This document shows, in pieces, positions 29,637-40,118 of a DNA stretch of 64,000 nucleotides; positions within the stretch are counted from its first letter, which is position 1, and every line of letters begins with the position of its first letter. This DNA is from Bacteroidales bacterium (GTDB lineage Bacteria; Bacteroidota; Bacteroidia; Bacteroidales; PUMT01), in NCBI GenBank assembly GCA_007132715.1, contig SLOE01000050.1, forward strand, positions 4,640 to 68,639, written 5' to 3'. Made by a program: the position numbers and the translations under genes. Under the pieces are notes generated by a model. It ran no database searches, was not told where the DNA came from, and saw nothing but the letters and a program-made list of their open reading frames with translations.

Positions 29637-31658
29637 CTAATCCAGGTACCTGGCAAGCCAGTCCAGGAACTCATTATACCAGAACAGGGAGTTCTGGGGT
29701 GACAATATCCAGTGGTTCTCATCAGGATAGTATATAAGCCTGGCATCCAGACCCATTCTCTTGTATATACCATATACCAGCAGTCCGTGACCCACAGGCA
29801 CCCTGTAGTCAAGCTCGCCGTGGATTATCAGCATCGGTGTGCTGAAATTGTGTGCGAACATGGCAGGGTTTGCCTCCATCAGTCTGTCGAAATCTTCCCA
29901 TGGCGATCCGCTGTACTGGTGCGGACGGTACCAGGTGTAGTCGGTCGAAAACTGCATGTGGATATTGTAAACCCCTGCATGATTGACCAGGCACGCGTAC
30001 CTGTCGGTGTGCCCTGCTATCCAGCTTACCATGTAGCCGCCGTATGAGCCGCCGGTTGCTGCCATACGTGTCTCGTCAATAAAGCCCCTTCCGGTCATAT
30101 AGTCGGTTGCCTTCATTATATCCCTGAATGGCAGTTCTGCATGAGAACCGTGGATTGACTGTGCAAACTCCTGGCCGAAACTTGTTGAACCGTGAAAGTT
30201 GGGCAATGCCATAACATATCCCGGTTCAGCGAAGAGGTGGGCGTTCCACCTGTAGTGCCACTGATCGCCGAATATGCTGTGGGGGCCACCATGTATCATC
30301 AGTACCAGTGGATATTTTTTGTCCGGGTCAAAATCAGGCGGATAGACAATATACATCTGTATGTCAGCTCCGTTTGCCCCTTTATAGGTTACGTTCTCGA
30401 TATTGCCAAGCTTTATGGCGTCCAGTACATCTTTGTTGACAGATGTCAACTGTCTTGCGTTACCTCTCCTCTGCCGGGTGATATAGATATCGGCGGGACT
30501 GTTCAGGTTGTCGTGAGTGAATATGATCTCTCCCCCCGGGGTGACTTGCAGGTTATTGTTGTTGCCCTCATCAAACAGGATGGTGTGGGCTCCTCCGCCG
30601 GAAGGAATTGAGAACAGGGGCTTTTTTGCCTGATGCTGCGCATGGAAGAATATTGTACTGCCATCGTGCGACCATTGCCACTGTTCACATGAGAGATCTA
30701 TATCTGCCGTAATATTGCGGTGTGTTTCGTTTCCCCTGTCGTATACAACCATCTGAATATTATCGGCATAGAAATCAGCCTGGTTCTGCCTGCCGTAAAG
30801 TATCAGCGAGCCACAGGGACTGTATACAGGGTTGGTATCGTCGGCAGGATTGTGGGTGGTTATGTTCCTCATCTCACCGCTGCCGTCGGCCGGCAGCAGG
30901 AATATGTCGTAGTTCAGTTTTTCGAACGGTTCGGGTATGCTGTTCATAGATACCGCGATCTCGCTGCCGTTTGGAGAAATATCGTATGACACACCGCCCA
31001 TCATGGCAAAATAGTTTTGAGTGCCGGGCATCAGGTCAGTTACCTCGCCCGATTCTATATCGACAGAGAACAGACGCGGGTAAAACCCATCGGTCAGCCA
31101 TCTGTCCCAGAACCTGTACATCACGTTCTCGGTCACCTTTGCGGTTACCTTGCTCTCCCTCTGTTTTTTGATTATCTCTTCAAGCTTTTCGAAGCATCCG
31201 TTGTAGTCTGGGTGTATATTGGCGGCAAACGAGATTCTTTTACCATCCGGGAACCATTTGGGTGCGAACACGCCTACCGGTAACCGGGTGATTCTCCGTG
31301 CTTCGCCCAGGCCGTCTTCCATGATGTAGATCTGGGCAGGTATGCCGTCTCTGCGGCTCACAAAACCAATATGCTTGCCTTCGGGGCACCAGAATGGTGC
31401 AGATTCCCTGCCTGTAAAGGTAAGCTGGCGTTTCTCGCCGCTTTCGTTGTTCAGGAGGTATATAAAAGTAGAGGCTTCATTTGTTTCAATATCATATCCT
31501 GTTAGTGTAAAAAGTGTGCGGCTCCCGTCAGGAGACACCACGGGTGCACCTGCCCGGCGCATCTGCCAGAGATGTTCGGCGGTAAACCCGTCAGGATTCA
31601 TACCTCTTGCAGCCAGGACGAACGCTGCACTAATGAGCAGAACAGTTATTTTCTTCAT
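29637..31658 (-). CDS. S9 family serine peptidase (prolyl oligopeptidase/acylaminoacyl-peptidase-like), secreted
   Basis: 673-aa ORF with a signal peptide, an N-terminal beta-propeller region, the nucleophile elbow GGSYGGYM and a C-terminal GELDYRVP...H. Confidence 0.9.
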   Translation of the reverse strand: MKKITVLLISAAFVLAARGMNPDGFTAEHLWQMRRAGAPVVSPDGSRTLFTLTGYDIETNEASTFIYLLNNESGEKRQLTFTGRESAPFWCPEGKHIGFVSRRDGIPAQIYIMEDGLGEARRITRLPVGVFAPKWFPDGKRISFAANIHPDYNGCFEKLEEIIKKQRESKVTAKVTENVMYRFWDRWLTDGFYPRLFSVDIESGEVTDLMPGTQNYFAMMGGVSYDISPNGSEIAVSMNSIPEPFEKLNYDIFLLPADGSGEMRNITTHNPADDTNPVYSPCGSLILYGRQNQADFYADNIQMVVYDRGNETHRNITADIDLSCEQWQWSHDGSTIFFHAQHQAKKPLFSIPSGGGAHTILFDEGNNNNLQVTPGGEIIFTHDNLNSPADIYITRQRRGNARQLTSVNKDVLDAIKLGNIENVTYKGANGADIQMYIVYPPDFDPDKKYPLVLMIHGGPHSIFGDQWHYRWNAHLFAEPGYVMALPNFHGSTSFGQEFAQSIHGSHAELPFRDIMKATDYMTGRGFIDETRMAATGGSYGGYMVSWIAGHTDRYACLVNHAGVYNIHMQFSTDYTWYRPHQYSGSPWEDFDRLMEANPAMFAHNFSTPMLIIHGELDYRVPVGHGLLVYGIYKRMGLDARLIYYPDENHWILSPQNSLFWYNEFLDWLARYLD

Positions 31659-31833
31659 GGTTTTATATTTTTTGGGTTAAATTGCCTGTATTGTGATCTG
31701 TGAAGATTAAAAAAAAATAATTAAAATCCTATGAGATATCTGCAAGCTTCGACCGGAACATGATTGACAATTGAACAATTCATGAGTCTTGCACGTTGAT
31801 TAAAAACAGATAAGCTGATGTGCAACCAAAAAT

Positions 31834-32140
31834 ATGATCAAGATGGCATTTACATTGCAACTGAACGACAGGGCACCTGATTTCAGGCTGCCCGCAACTG
31901 ACGGCAAAACCTACTCGCTGGCAGATTTTGATGACGCAAAGGCTTGTATACTGCGGGCGCGGTATCGATTCTCCAAGGGACAGTTCGAAGATGACGGTGA
32001 ACGACCTTGAAAACGCCCTGGAGGATGTCCTTGCCGGCAGGCAGGTCCGACTGTCGCTGACCAACCCGGTCGGTTGCAACGTCAAATGGGATGGCAAAGA
32101 TGCCCACTGGATGCCTGCTGACGCATGCGATCTGGTATAG
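31834..32140 (+). pseudogene. Decayed thioredoxin-fold (AhpC/TSA-like thiol-disulfide oxidoreductase) gene: internal deletion plus frameshift
   Basis: The frame from the ATG at 31834 gives [37 protein letters not shown] and then runs to a stop. A second frame (31928-32140) gives [10 protein letters not shown]...LLAGRQV...GCNVKW, the usual C-terminus of this family. The central CxxC-containing part is absent. Confidence 0.6.
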
Positions 32141-32157
32141 GACGGCAGGTCAGCCAA

Positions 32158-32330
32158 CCCGGTCAGGGACGGTAATACAATACCCTGGTTCGGGAAATGC
32201 AAATCAGCGCCCCGGTAGAGGACTGCAGGTTAGCGGCCCTGTTACAGGACCGTAACTCTGTGTCCCGGTACAGGACTGCAAGACAGCAATCCTGGTAAAA
32301 ATAGCGTCATCTCCCCTGGTAGGGCACCCC
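32158..32330. repeat. Degenerate tandem array of about 7 units with a period of about 27 nt, consensus CCC(T)GGTAnAGGACnGnAA
   Basis: Units start at 32158, 32183, 32210, 32237, 32264, 32291 and 32314. The last unit overlaps the final codons (..VPYQGR*) of the 914-aa peptidase gene. Confidence 0.5.
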
Positions 32331-35051
32331 GTATTTAATCCAGTCCGCCGCCTCATGCCCTTTCAGGTGATGGTCAAAGTACTCCTTCATCCTGATTGTA
32401 TAGTCAACCTTGTTGGGGTACTTCTGCGGGTGATGCGGCTCGTCGCGGTACTGCAGGAAGATGATATCCTTCCCGGCGCGCCGCATTGCAAGATACAGTT
32501 CGATGGACTGCTCCCAGGGGACCGCCTCGTCCACATCGCCGTGCATTATCAGCAGGGGCGTATTTATCTCGTGGGCATAGAAGAGCGGCGAGTTTTCTAT
32601 ATAGAGGTAGCGCCGGTCAAACAGCGATGAACCGAGCCTGCTCTGACCGGTCTCATACTGGAACTGCCTTGCAAGTCCGCTTCCCCACCTGATGCCGCCA
32701 TATGCGCTTGTCATGTTCGAGACAGGGGCACCTGCTATTGCAGCCCTGAAGATATCGGTCTGGGTCACCACATAGGCTGTCATATACCCGCTCCATGAAT
32801 GGCCGTGCAAACCGATAGCGTCAGGGTCGGCTATACCCATATCAATAAGTTTCTGCACACCCGGAACCAGCGCGTTTACGGCCGACATACCGGGACGCCC
32901 GGCCTTGAAGTGAATATCGGGCAGGAATATCACGTATCCGTTGCTGGCATAATACCCGAACGAGGGGCGGTGGTTTATTACGGTCTGGTTGAAATCATGC
33001 AGCCTTTGCGAAAACTGCTCATAATAGTAAACAAATACCGGGTATCTTTTGGAAGGGTCGTAATCGCCCGGTTTGATAACAATACCGTCAAGCGGCACCC
33101 CGTCTGCCGATGTAAAAGAGATGAGCTCTGCCGTTCCCCAGTTGAACTCACTGGTCTGCCTCCCCAGATCCGACACCTTTACCGTGTTCCTGAAACGCCT
33201 GCCGGTAACCCACAGGTCTGGGAACTCATCATAGGATTCGCGGGTATACACTATGGTCTGCCCGTCTTCCGAAAGAAGCCTCAGCCGGAGGTTTCTCCCC
33301 TCGTCAAGAAGCAGGTTAACACCCTGCCTGTCGGCCCTGAGCGACCATATTGACCTCTCCTTGGTGTTCTCGTTGTACCCTTCGGCAAAGAGCATCTCGC
33401 CGCGGGCAATAAGAGGTTCACCATCAAGTCTCCTGATCCTGAATACAGTTTCGGTTTTCCTGCCTTCGCCGCCTGTTATGTTTACCATGTTGCCGGTACG
33501 CAGATTTGCCCTCCAGATATCATACCTGTCATATATCAGGATCGATTCCCCGTCATCCAGCCAGCCTGCCGTCCTGTAGCTGCCGGGTTCGGCCGGGCGG
33601 TCCATCGTTTCATTGTAGAAAGGAACATCGATATTTTCAGTCAGGTTCATGACCCTGCCCGCAGATACATCATATGAATGCCAGTGTTTATTGTCAAAAT
33701 GGATCAGGTAACGGCCGTTAGGCGACAGGGCCGCCATATCCTGGTGTTCCTCTGCTATCAGTGTTCTCTCCCCGTTTATCAGGTTTACCAGGTATATGTC
33801 CCTGAACCGTCCCTCCCAGGTTATTCTTTTCGCATAGGGAAGTGAGGAGGAGGCAAGTGCATGATCGCCTCCCCTGGGGGTGATCAGATCAGGCACATCT
33901 TCGTTGGCCAGCGGCACCAGCCTGTTCTCTCCGATGTGATATACGGCTGCCAGATTCTGCCTTCTCGCCTGGTTCCACTGGATCTTTTCATGTGTCTTGA
34001 TAAGCGGGTCATCGCCGTGCCAGATGTCGATATCCGCCTGCTGACTTATCGAATCGAGCACAGATATGTATTCTTTTTTTTCTTCTGGCTGGGCGGCAAA
34101 CCGGTCCGGCCTGAAACCGAAGAAAAGTCTCCTGCCGTTGCCGTTCCAACGCAGGTTGTTGTCATATGGCAGATACATGCCTTCAGGGGCATCCTCCTGT
34201 CCGGCGACCAACATTAGAACGCTGCCCGGCTCCCACACATGAAATGCCGCAGTTTCAAGGGTGTCCTTTTCCAGGTCTTCCGCTCTCATAAGGGCCAGGC
34301 GCCGTTCGCTCTCATGCCAGGTGAAGCTGCCGTACTTAGCTTTCCCCGTAGTGTCTATCACAGCGGGAGGTGCAGCGAGGTTGGCAAGAGAAAGGCTGTA
34401 AAGTCCGTTATTTACCTCCAGGGTGTCGCTGACGGTAAAAACCAGCGTGGTGGAGAGGCTGTCGACAGTATACGATTCCACAAAAGGCAGTGTTACCTCC
34501 CTGTTGTTCCCGAAGTCTTTTACCAGCAGCGGGGTGCCGGCCTTCTTCATCCTGTCATTCTGGTCTTTGTTAAGCGTGGTGTCCTCAACAGCATGGTAGT
34601 GCACAAAAAGGTAGCTGTGCAGTGTGCTGAAGGAGGCTCTTCTGACATCGTCAAAAGCGGTAGTTGAGCCGTCTGCCGTTCTTATCAGCACCGCTGTATT
34701 ATTTGGTCTCTCTGAGGCGGATTTGCCTTCTGTGCAGGCAAGGTGCGGCACCTGGATGAACAGCACCTTTTCCCCGTTTGCAGCGAAAGCGGGTCTTGTA
34801 CCACGGTCGACAATATATTCAGGGTCACCTGCGGCAGAGATGAGCACTCCGTATCCGTCGCCACGGTCGGGCGAAACTGCATAGGCAACCCATTTGCCGT
34901 CATGGCTTACTGCCGGCGACTGCATATGGTGAAAATTCATTATGTCTTCCAGCGTCATGGCTCGTCTTTCCTGTGCGGTAAGGCTGAGTGCCAGAATAAA
35001 AACAACCGGCAGCAAAATACCGGGTTTAAAAAGTTTACTGCTGTTAATCAT
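32307..35051 (-). CDS. S9 family serine peptidase with an extended N-terminal propeller region, secreted
   Basis: 914-aa ORF with a signal peptide, the nucleophile motif GHSWSGYM and a C-terminal HGDVDEAVP...H. Confidence 0.9.
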   Translation of the reverse strand: MINSSKLFKPGILLPVVFILALSLTAQERRAMTLEDIMNFHHMQSPAVSHDGKWVAYAVSPDRGDGYGVLISAAGDPEYIVDRGTRPAFAANGEKVLFIQVPHLACTEGKSASERPNNTAVLIRTADGSTTAFDDVRRASFSTLHSYLFVHYHAVEDTTLNKDQNDRMKKAGTPLLVKDFGNNREVTLPFVESYTVDSLSTTLVFTVSDTLEVNNGLYSLSLANLAAPPAVIDTTGKAKYGSFTWHESERRLALMRAEDLEKDTLETAAFHVWEPGSVLMLVAGQEDAPEGMYLPYDNNLRWNGNGRRLFFGFRPDRFAAQPEEKKEYISVLDSISQQADIDIWHGDDPLIKTHEKIQWNQARRQNLAAVYHIGENRLVPLANEDVPDLITPRGGDHALASSSLPYAKRITWEGRFRDIYLVNLINGERTLIAEEHQDMAALSPNGRYLIHFDNKHWHSYDVSAGRVMNLTENIDVPFYNETMDRPAEPGSYRTAGWLDDGESILIYDRYDIWRANLRTGNMVNITGGEGRKTETVFRIRRLDGEPLIARGEMLFAEGYNENTKERSIWSLRADRQGVNLLLDEGRNLRLRLLSEDGQTIVYTRESYDEFPDLWVTGRRFRNTVKVSDLGRQTSEFNWGTAELISFTSADGVPLDGIVIKPGDYDPSKRYPVFVYYYEQFSQRLHDFNQTVINHRPSFGYYASNGYVIFLPDIHFKAGRPGMSAVNALVPGVQKLIDMGIADPDAIGLHGHSWSGYMTAYVVTQTDIFRAAIAGAPVSNMTSAYGGIRWGSGLARQFQYETGQSRLGSSLFDRRYLYIENSPLFYAHEINTPLLIMHGDVDEAVPWEQSIELYLAMRRAGKDIIFLQYRDEPHHPQKYPNKVDYTIRMKEYFDHHLKGHEAADWIKYGVPYQGR

Positions 35052-35134
35052 AGCTGTTGGATTGAGTTTTATCAGATTGGATTATATTTTCCGGTTGTCA
35101 CTTTTTTCGGTGAAATGTAAAAATAGCAATAAGT

Positions 35135-35929
35135 TTAAAACAGATGAGCACCGTTGAAAGGGGCTCCGGTTCTGAATTCGAAAATCTCCTCAGGGTACTC
35201 TATACCGGTAAGGAACAGCCCGTGGGCAGGTGCCGAGGTGCCTGCCCTGCGCCGGTCCTGCGCCAGTATTATATCGCGGAAGTGTGTAACATTGATCCTG
35301 CCTCGTCCCAGCTCAAGCATCGTACCCACAATGGCCCTTACCATGTTCCTCAGGAACCTGTCCGCCTTCACCTCAAAAACGAGCATTCCGTCATGTTCTT
35401 TCCATGATGCACTGATAATTTTGCATATATGCGTTTTTACATTGCTGTTGGAGCGGCAGAAGGAGGAGAAGTCACTGTGCCTGAGCAGTTCGTTAGCTGC
35501 AAGGTTCATTGCATCAATATCGGGAGGCGGGTAGAGGTGGTAGCTGGTATCCTGCCTGAAGGGGTTCTTGCGGATGCTTATGAAGTATTTGTAGGTGCGT
35601 GATGTAGCGCTGAACCGGCTGTGGGTCTTCCTGTCAACCGGGAAGATGCCTGATATTGCTATGTCACCGGGGAGCATGTGGTTTAGCTTGCGTAACGTTT
35701 CGCCGCTGCTCCCGGGCATCAGTGACATCGAGTCAAAATGGGCGGCGAAATAGCTTGCATGGACCCCCGTATCGGTCCGTCCCGCCCCGGTAAGCCTGAT
35801 CTTCTCCTTAAGCAGAAGCGCCATTGCCTCTTCAATGGTCTGCTGCACACTCCGGGCATTGGGCTGTATCTGCCACCCGCAGTATTCCGTTCCCCGGAAG
35901 GAGAGTTCTATGAAATATCTCTGAGCCAA
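35135..35929 (-). CDS. truA: tRNA pseudouridine(38-40) synthase
   Basis: 264-aa ORF with YFIELSFRGTEYCGWQIQP, GAGRTDTGVHA (catalytic Asp) and FLRNMVR. Confidence 0.95.
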   Translation of the reverse strand: MAQRYFIELSFRGTEYCGWQIQPNARSVQQTIEEAMALLLKEKIRLTGAGRTDTGVHASYFAAHFDSMSLMPGSSGETLRKLNHMLPGDIAISGIFPVDRKTHSRFSATSRTYKYFISIRKNPFRQDTSYHLYPPPDIDAMNLAANELLRHSDFSSFCRSNSNVKTHICKIISASWKEHDGMLVFEVKADRFLRNMVRAIVGTMLELGRGRINVTHFRDIILAQDRRRAGTSAPAHGLFLTGIEYPEEIFEFRTGAPFNGAHLF

Positions 35930-36119
35930 TTATTATGCCTTTTGCCTGGTACTCTGCCTGGTTACACTGTAACAACACCCGGCAGAGATGCAAAGTTAAC
36001 AATTTTGGTTTGTTTGGGGGTTAACAGGCGCGTTACTGCCGGCGGGGACCTTTTATTTGATTTAATATGCTAAATTTGTGTAGATATAAACCGTATCGGA
36101 AAATTAAAACTCCGGACAT

Positions 36120-38075
36120 ATGCAAACAGGATCAACTGCATTCAATATACCGGATGGACCGGCCGGAAAGCCGCTTGCGGCAGCAGCTGCTGTGCTGATA
36201 ACTGTTCTCCTCCTGGCAGCCGGACCTGTCGCCAGGACTCAGGAGTTCGACAATGAATCCCGGTCAGTTTACATACTCGACATAGCAAGGTATGTAAAAT
36301 GGGAGAATATTGACGACATATCTGTTTTCAGGATAGGTGTCCTGGAGCCGGTCGGGGATCTTTTCCCGGTGATCAGCCACAATGCATCACTCAGGGGCGA
36401 AATACAGGGCAGGCCCGTGGAGGTAGTAAGCTTTGAAACAATCGATGAAATTACACCGGTAAACCTCCTGTATGTGAACAAGCGGTATGATTACGACATT
36501 GCGCTTGTGCTCGCCCGCACCAGGGGCAACCATACCCTCCTTATAAGCGAAAATTACGAGTTCCACAGGTCGATGATAAATTTTATTGTTTATGACGGTC
36601 AGCAGAGGTTTGAGATCAATGAGGACCGGATGTACGAGGAGGGCCTGCATGTAAGCGAGCTCTTCAGGGAGCATGCCGTGACGACGGAGGCGGACTGGCA
36701 GGAGATATACCGTCTGGTGGAGCGGGAGCTGGAGCAGGAAAAGATACTGGTGCTGGAGCAGAACCGCCTGATAGAGGAGCAGCTTGCCGAAATAGATATG
36801 CAGTCCGTGCGGATAGAACAGCAGCGTGACCATATTGAGAGGCAGATGGAGGAGATAGAGCGGCAGGGGGAGCTTCTTGAAAAGCTTGAAAGCGAAATTG
36901 CCGCCCGCCGGAGTGAGGTGGAGAGGCAGAACCTGCAGATAGCAGAGCAGGGCAGGGAGATAAGCGAGCAGATGGAGGAGCTGGAAGAGAACCGCAGGGA
37001 GGCGGAAAGGCAGGGCGCCATCCTGGCAGGTCAGATGGAAAGGATTGCCGAACAGGAGGACATGATAGCAGAGCAGGATGTCATCCTGGGCAGGCAGCTT
37101 GAACAGATAGAGAAGCAGAGGTTGCTGATATGGTTCTTCATTGTTATGCTGGTATTTATCGCAGCTCTTGCCTATTTCATATATAAAAGCTACCGGATAA
37201 AGAAAGAGGCCAATATAAAGCTGGAAGAGAAGAACAGGCTGATAACCAAACAGCGTGATGAAATTCAGCAGCAGAGAGACAGCATAGCAGAGCAGAGGGA
37301 CAGGATAGCCGAACAGAACCAGCTTATTTGGGATTCAATAAACTATGCCCAGAGGATACAGCGGGCGATCCTGCCCGATGATAACAATTTCAGTGTTATA
37401 CTCGACCATTTCTTCATTATGTACAGGCCCAAGGATGTGGTAAGCGGTGATTTCTACTGGGAATCGAAGATTGGCAACGAGGTTATTGTGGTGGCGGCCG
37501 ACTGTACCGGTCACGGAGTGCCGGGCGCTCTTATGAGCATGCTGGGGGTGACCTTCCTCAACGATATAGTGAATACCCGTAAGATTACCCGTCCTTCAGA
37601 GATACTGGACAAGCTGAGGGAGGATGTGATCAGTGCCTTCCACCAGCAGGGTAGCCGCAAGGAGGAGATACAGGATGGCATGGACATTGCAGTATGCGCT
37701 ATCAACCAGGAGAACAAGACAATCCAGTTTGCCGGGGCCAACAACCCGCTGATACTCATCCGCGGAAGCGAGGTCTTCCAGTATAAGGGCGACAGGATGC
37801 CCGTTGCGATAAGCGACAGGATGATTGACTTCAACAACCATGTCATTGAACTGCAGGAGAACGATCAGGTCTACATCTTTTCTGACGGTTACATTGACCA
37901 GTTCGGCGGGGAGAATAACAAGAAATTCATGCGCAAGAGACTCGTCAGTCTCCTGATGGAGATCAAGGACGAACCGATGACGAGGCAGAAGGAGGTGCTG
38001 GTTCGCAGCTTCGATGAGTGGAAAGGTGATAACGAGCAGACCGATGATGTTGTCATGATCGGTCTCAGGATATAG
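36120..38075 (+). CDS. Membrane-anchored PP2C/SpoIIE-family serine phosphatase with an N-terminal YfiR-like (DUF4154-type) periplasmic domain and a long coiled coil
   Basis: N-terminal YILDIARYVKWEN...FRIGVL, then about 200 aa of E/Q/R heptad-like repeats, one TM segment (LLIWFFIVMLVFIAALAYFIY), and C-terminal SGDFYW, AADCTGHGVPGALMS, DGMDIA and TDDVVMIG. Confidence 0.85.
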   Translation: MQTGSTAFNIPDGPAGKPLAAAAAVLITVLLLAAGPVARTQEFDNESRSVYILDIARYVKWENIDDISVFRIGVLEPVGDLFPVISHNASLRGEIQGRPVEVVSFETIDEITPVNLLYVNKRYDYDIALVLARTRGNHTLLISENYEFHRSMINFIVYDGQQRFEINEDRMYEEGLHVSELFREHAVTTEADWQEIYRLVERELEQEKILVLEQNRLIEEQLAEIDMQSVRIEQQRDHIERQMEEIERQGELLEKLESEIAARRSEVERQNLQIAEQGREISEQMEELEENRREAERQGAILAGQMERIAEQEDMIAEQDVILGRQLEQIEKQRLLIWFFIVMLVFIAALAYFIYKSYRIKKEANIKLEEKNRLITKQRDEIQQQRDSIAEQRDRIAEQNQLIWDSINYAQRIQRAILPDDNNFSVILDHFFIMYRPKDVVSGDFYWESKIGNEVIVVAADCTGHGVPGALMSMLGVTFLNDIVNTRKITRPSEILDKLREDVISAFHQQGSRKEEIQDGMDIAVCAINQENKTIQFAGANNPLILIRGSEVFQYKGDRMPVAISDRMIDFNNHVIELQENDQVYIFSDGYIDQFGGENNKKFMRKRLVSLLMEIKDEPMTRQKEVLVRSFDEWKGDNEQTDDVVMIGLRI

Positions 38076-38084
38076 AACCGGGGA

Positions 38085-38333
38085 CTATTTGCATTCCCAC
38101 CGTGTGGTGCGGCTGCCGATGGTCACATCCTCCTCGTCAAGTATCTCCTCCAGCCGGAGGCCTGAGTATTTTTCCCATTCCGTTGCGCTTTCAAGAGCAC
38201 CATCAACATATGTGGCTTTTCTGCACATCATCGAGTCCTCCAGCTCGCAGGATTTAAACATGAACGATCCGGCTGCAAAAAAAGTAACTACAATCAGCGC
38301 TGCCAGGTTTTTTTTGAAATTCATTCTTTTCAT
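38085..38333 (-). CDS. Small secreted or lipoprotein-like hypothetical protein
   Basis: 82-aa ORF with a signal-like N-terminus (LAALIVVTFFAAGSFMFKSC) and three Cys residues. It is convergent with the phosphatase gene. No homology recognised. Confidence 0.4.
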   Translation of the reverse strand: MKRMNFKKNLAALIVVTFFAAGSFMFKSCELEDSMMCRKATYVDGALESATEWEKYSGLRLEEILDEEDVTIGSRTTRWECK

Positions 38334-38540
38334 CCGTATAAAGTTTACAAATCTATGGTCAGATGGAACTCACCGCGCTTAAACATGGCTCGTTTCATAA
38401 TATACCAGGTATAACAAATGTGTTTTACGGGTACCGGCACGAAAATTATGGGAATTATTCGAAAAATGCAAGGAATTATCTGGTTTTCCCTTTAACTCTA
38501 AATGATTATTTTTACACTTTTTCCTGAGAAGAGACTTTTG

Positions 38541-40118
38541 ATGAATTTGAACAGAGAGACCCGTAGGAGACGAACATTCGGCATTATCAGCCATCCTGAT
38601 GCAGGTAAGACCACCCTTACTGAGAAACTTCTGCTGTTTGGAGGTGCCATACAGGTTGCCGGCGCCGTAAAATCAAACAAGATCAAGAAGTCGGCCGTGA
38701 GCGACTTCATGGAGATAGAGCGGCAGAGAGGCATATCGGTAGCCACATCCGTCATGGGATTTGAGTACGGAGGTTATAAGGTGAATATCCTTGACACGCC
38801 CGGTCACCAGGATTTTGCCGAGGATACATACCGTACGCTGACTGCTGTTGACAGTGTGATAATAGTCATTGATGCAGCGAAGGGTGTTGAGACGCAGACA
38901 AGGAAGCTGATGGAAGTATGCCGTATGCGTAAAACGCCTGTAATTGTATTTATAAACAAGATGGACAGGCCCGCCCTCGATCCTTTCGAGCTGCTTGACA
39001 ACCTGGAAAAAGAACTGCAGATCAGTGTCTGTCCCCTCAGTTGGCCGATCGGTAGCGGAGGAGGTTTCAAGGGTGTGTTCAATATGCATGAACAGAAGCT
39101 TGACCTTTTTTTACCGTCAGCGAATCAGCCGGAACAGCAGGATATTGAGGTAAGTGATATCCTTTCGGGGGAAGCGGACAGCTATATAGGGTCAGGGGCC
39201 TCAACACTGAAGGATGACCTTGAACTTGCCCTGGCCGGTTATCCTCAGTTTGACAGGGAACGATACCTGGGGGCAGGTCTGGCTCCCGTGTTCTTTGGCT
39301 CTGCACTTAATAATTTCGGCGTCAGAGCTTTGCTGGACTGCTTCCTGGAGATAGCTCCCTCACCGGGTACCACAAAAGCAGTTGAGAGGGAGGTGCATGC
39401 CGGCGAGGATAAATTCACCGGATTCGTGTTCAAGATACATGCCAATATGGATCCCAACCATCGTGACCGGCTGGCTTTTGTGAAAATCTGTTCCGGCATG
39501 TTTGAGCGCAATAAGCCGTATCTTCATATACGCACCGGCAAGAAGCAGAAATTCAGCAGTCCCACAGGCTTTATGGCAGAGCGGAAATCGGTGATTGACG
39601 TGGCATACCCCGGCGATATCATTGGCCTTCACGATACAGGTAATTTCAGGATAGGAGATACTTTGACAGAGGGCGAGGTGCTTAATTTCAAGGGAATACC
39701 CAGTTTCTCACCTGAATTCTTCAGGTATGTTGAGAATGGTGACCCTCTTAAGTTCAAGCAGCTTGCAAAAGGGCTTGACCACCTTATGGATGAAGGTGTT
39801 GCGCAGTTGTTTGTCAACCAGGTGAATGGAAGGAAGATAATTGGCACAGTGGGACCTCTGCAGTTTGATGTGATCGAGTTCAGGTTAAAGCATGAATACG
39901 GGGCTACCTGCAGATACGAACCTCTGAATATTCACAAGGCCTGCTGGATGGAAAGCAGCAGCCGGGAGCAACTGGACGATTTCAGAATGCGCAAGCAGCA
40001 GAATATGGCAAAGGACAAGCGGGGCAGGGATGTCTTCCTTGCTGATTCAGAATACAGCCTTCAGATGGCAAGGGAAAAATATGACGCAATCAGGTTTCAT
40101 ACCATATCGGAGTATTGA
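38541..40118 (+). CDS. prfC: Peptide chain release factor 3
   Basis: [31 protein letters not shown] and NKMD are GTPase motifs. The ORF is open from 38502, but the ATG at 38541 (MNLNRE...) gives the usual length of about 525 aa. Confidence 0.95.
   Translation: MNLNRETRRRRTFGIISHPDAGKTTLTEKLLLFGGAIQVAGAVKSNKIKKSAVSDFMEIERQRGISVATSVMGFEYGGYKVNILDTPGHQDFAEDTYRTLTAVDSVIIVIDAAKGVETQTRKLMEVCRMRKTPVIVFINKMDRPALDPFELLDNLEKELQISVCPLSWPIGSGGGFKGVFNMHEQKLDLFLPSANQPEQQDIEVSDILSGEADSYIGSGASTLKDDLELALAGYPQFDRERYLGAGLAPVFFGSALNNFGVRALLDCFLEIAPSPGTTKAVEREVHAGEDKFTGFVFKIHANMDPNHRDRLAFVKICSGMFERNKPYLHIRTGKKQKFSSPTGFMAERKSVIDVAYPGDIIGLHDTGNFRIGDTLTEGEVLNFKGIPSFSPEFFRYVENGDPLKFKQLAKGLDHLMDEGVAQLFVNQVNGRKIIGTVGPLQFDVIEFRLKHEYGATCRYEPLNIHKACWMESSSREQLDDFRMRKQQNMAKDKRGRDVFLADSEYSLQMAREKYDAIRFHTISEY

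Noticed and set aside
32158-32330. CRISPR-array interpretation of the 27-nt repeats, and of the 26-nt repeats at 63467-63544
   Set aside because: The units are contiguous and degenerate, with no unique spacers between them. There are too few copies, and no cas genes occur anywhere in the window.
36700-37130. Reiterated GAGCAG/CAGATG-rich DNA in the phosphatase gene
   Set aside because: It reflects the heptad-like E/Q/R coiled-coil coding sequence. There is no separate repeat element.
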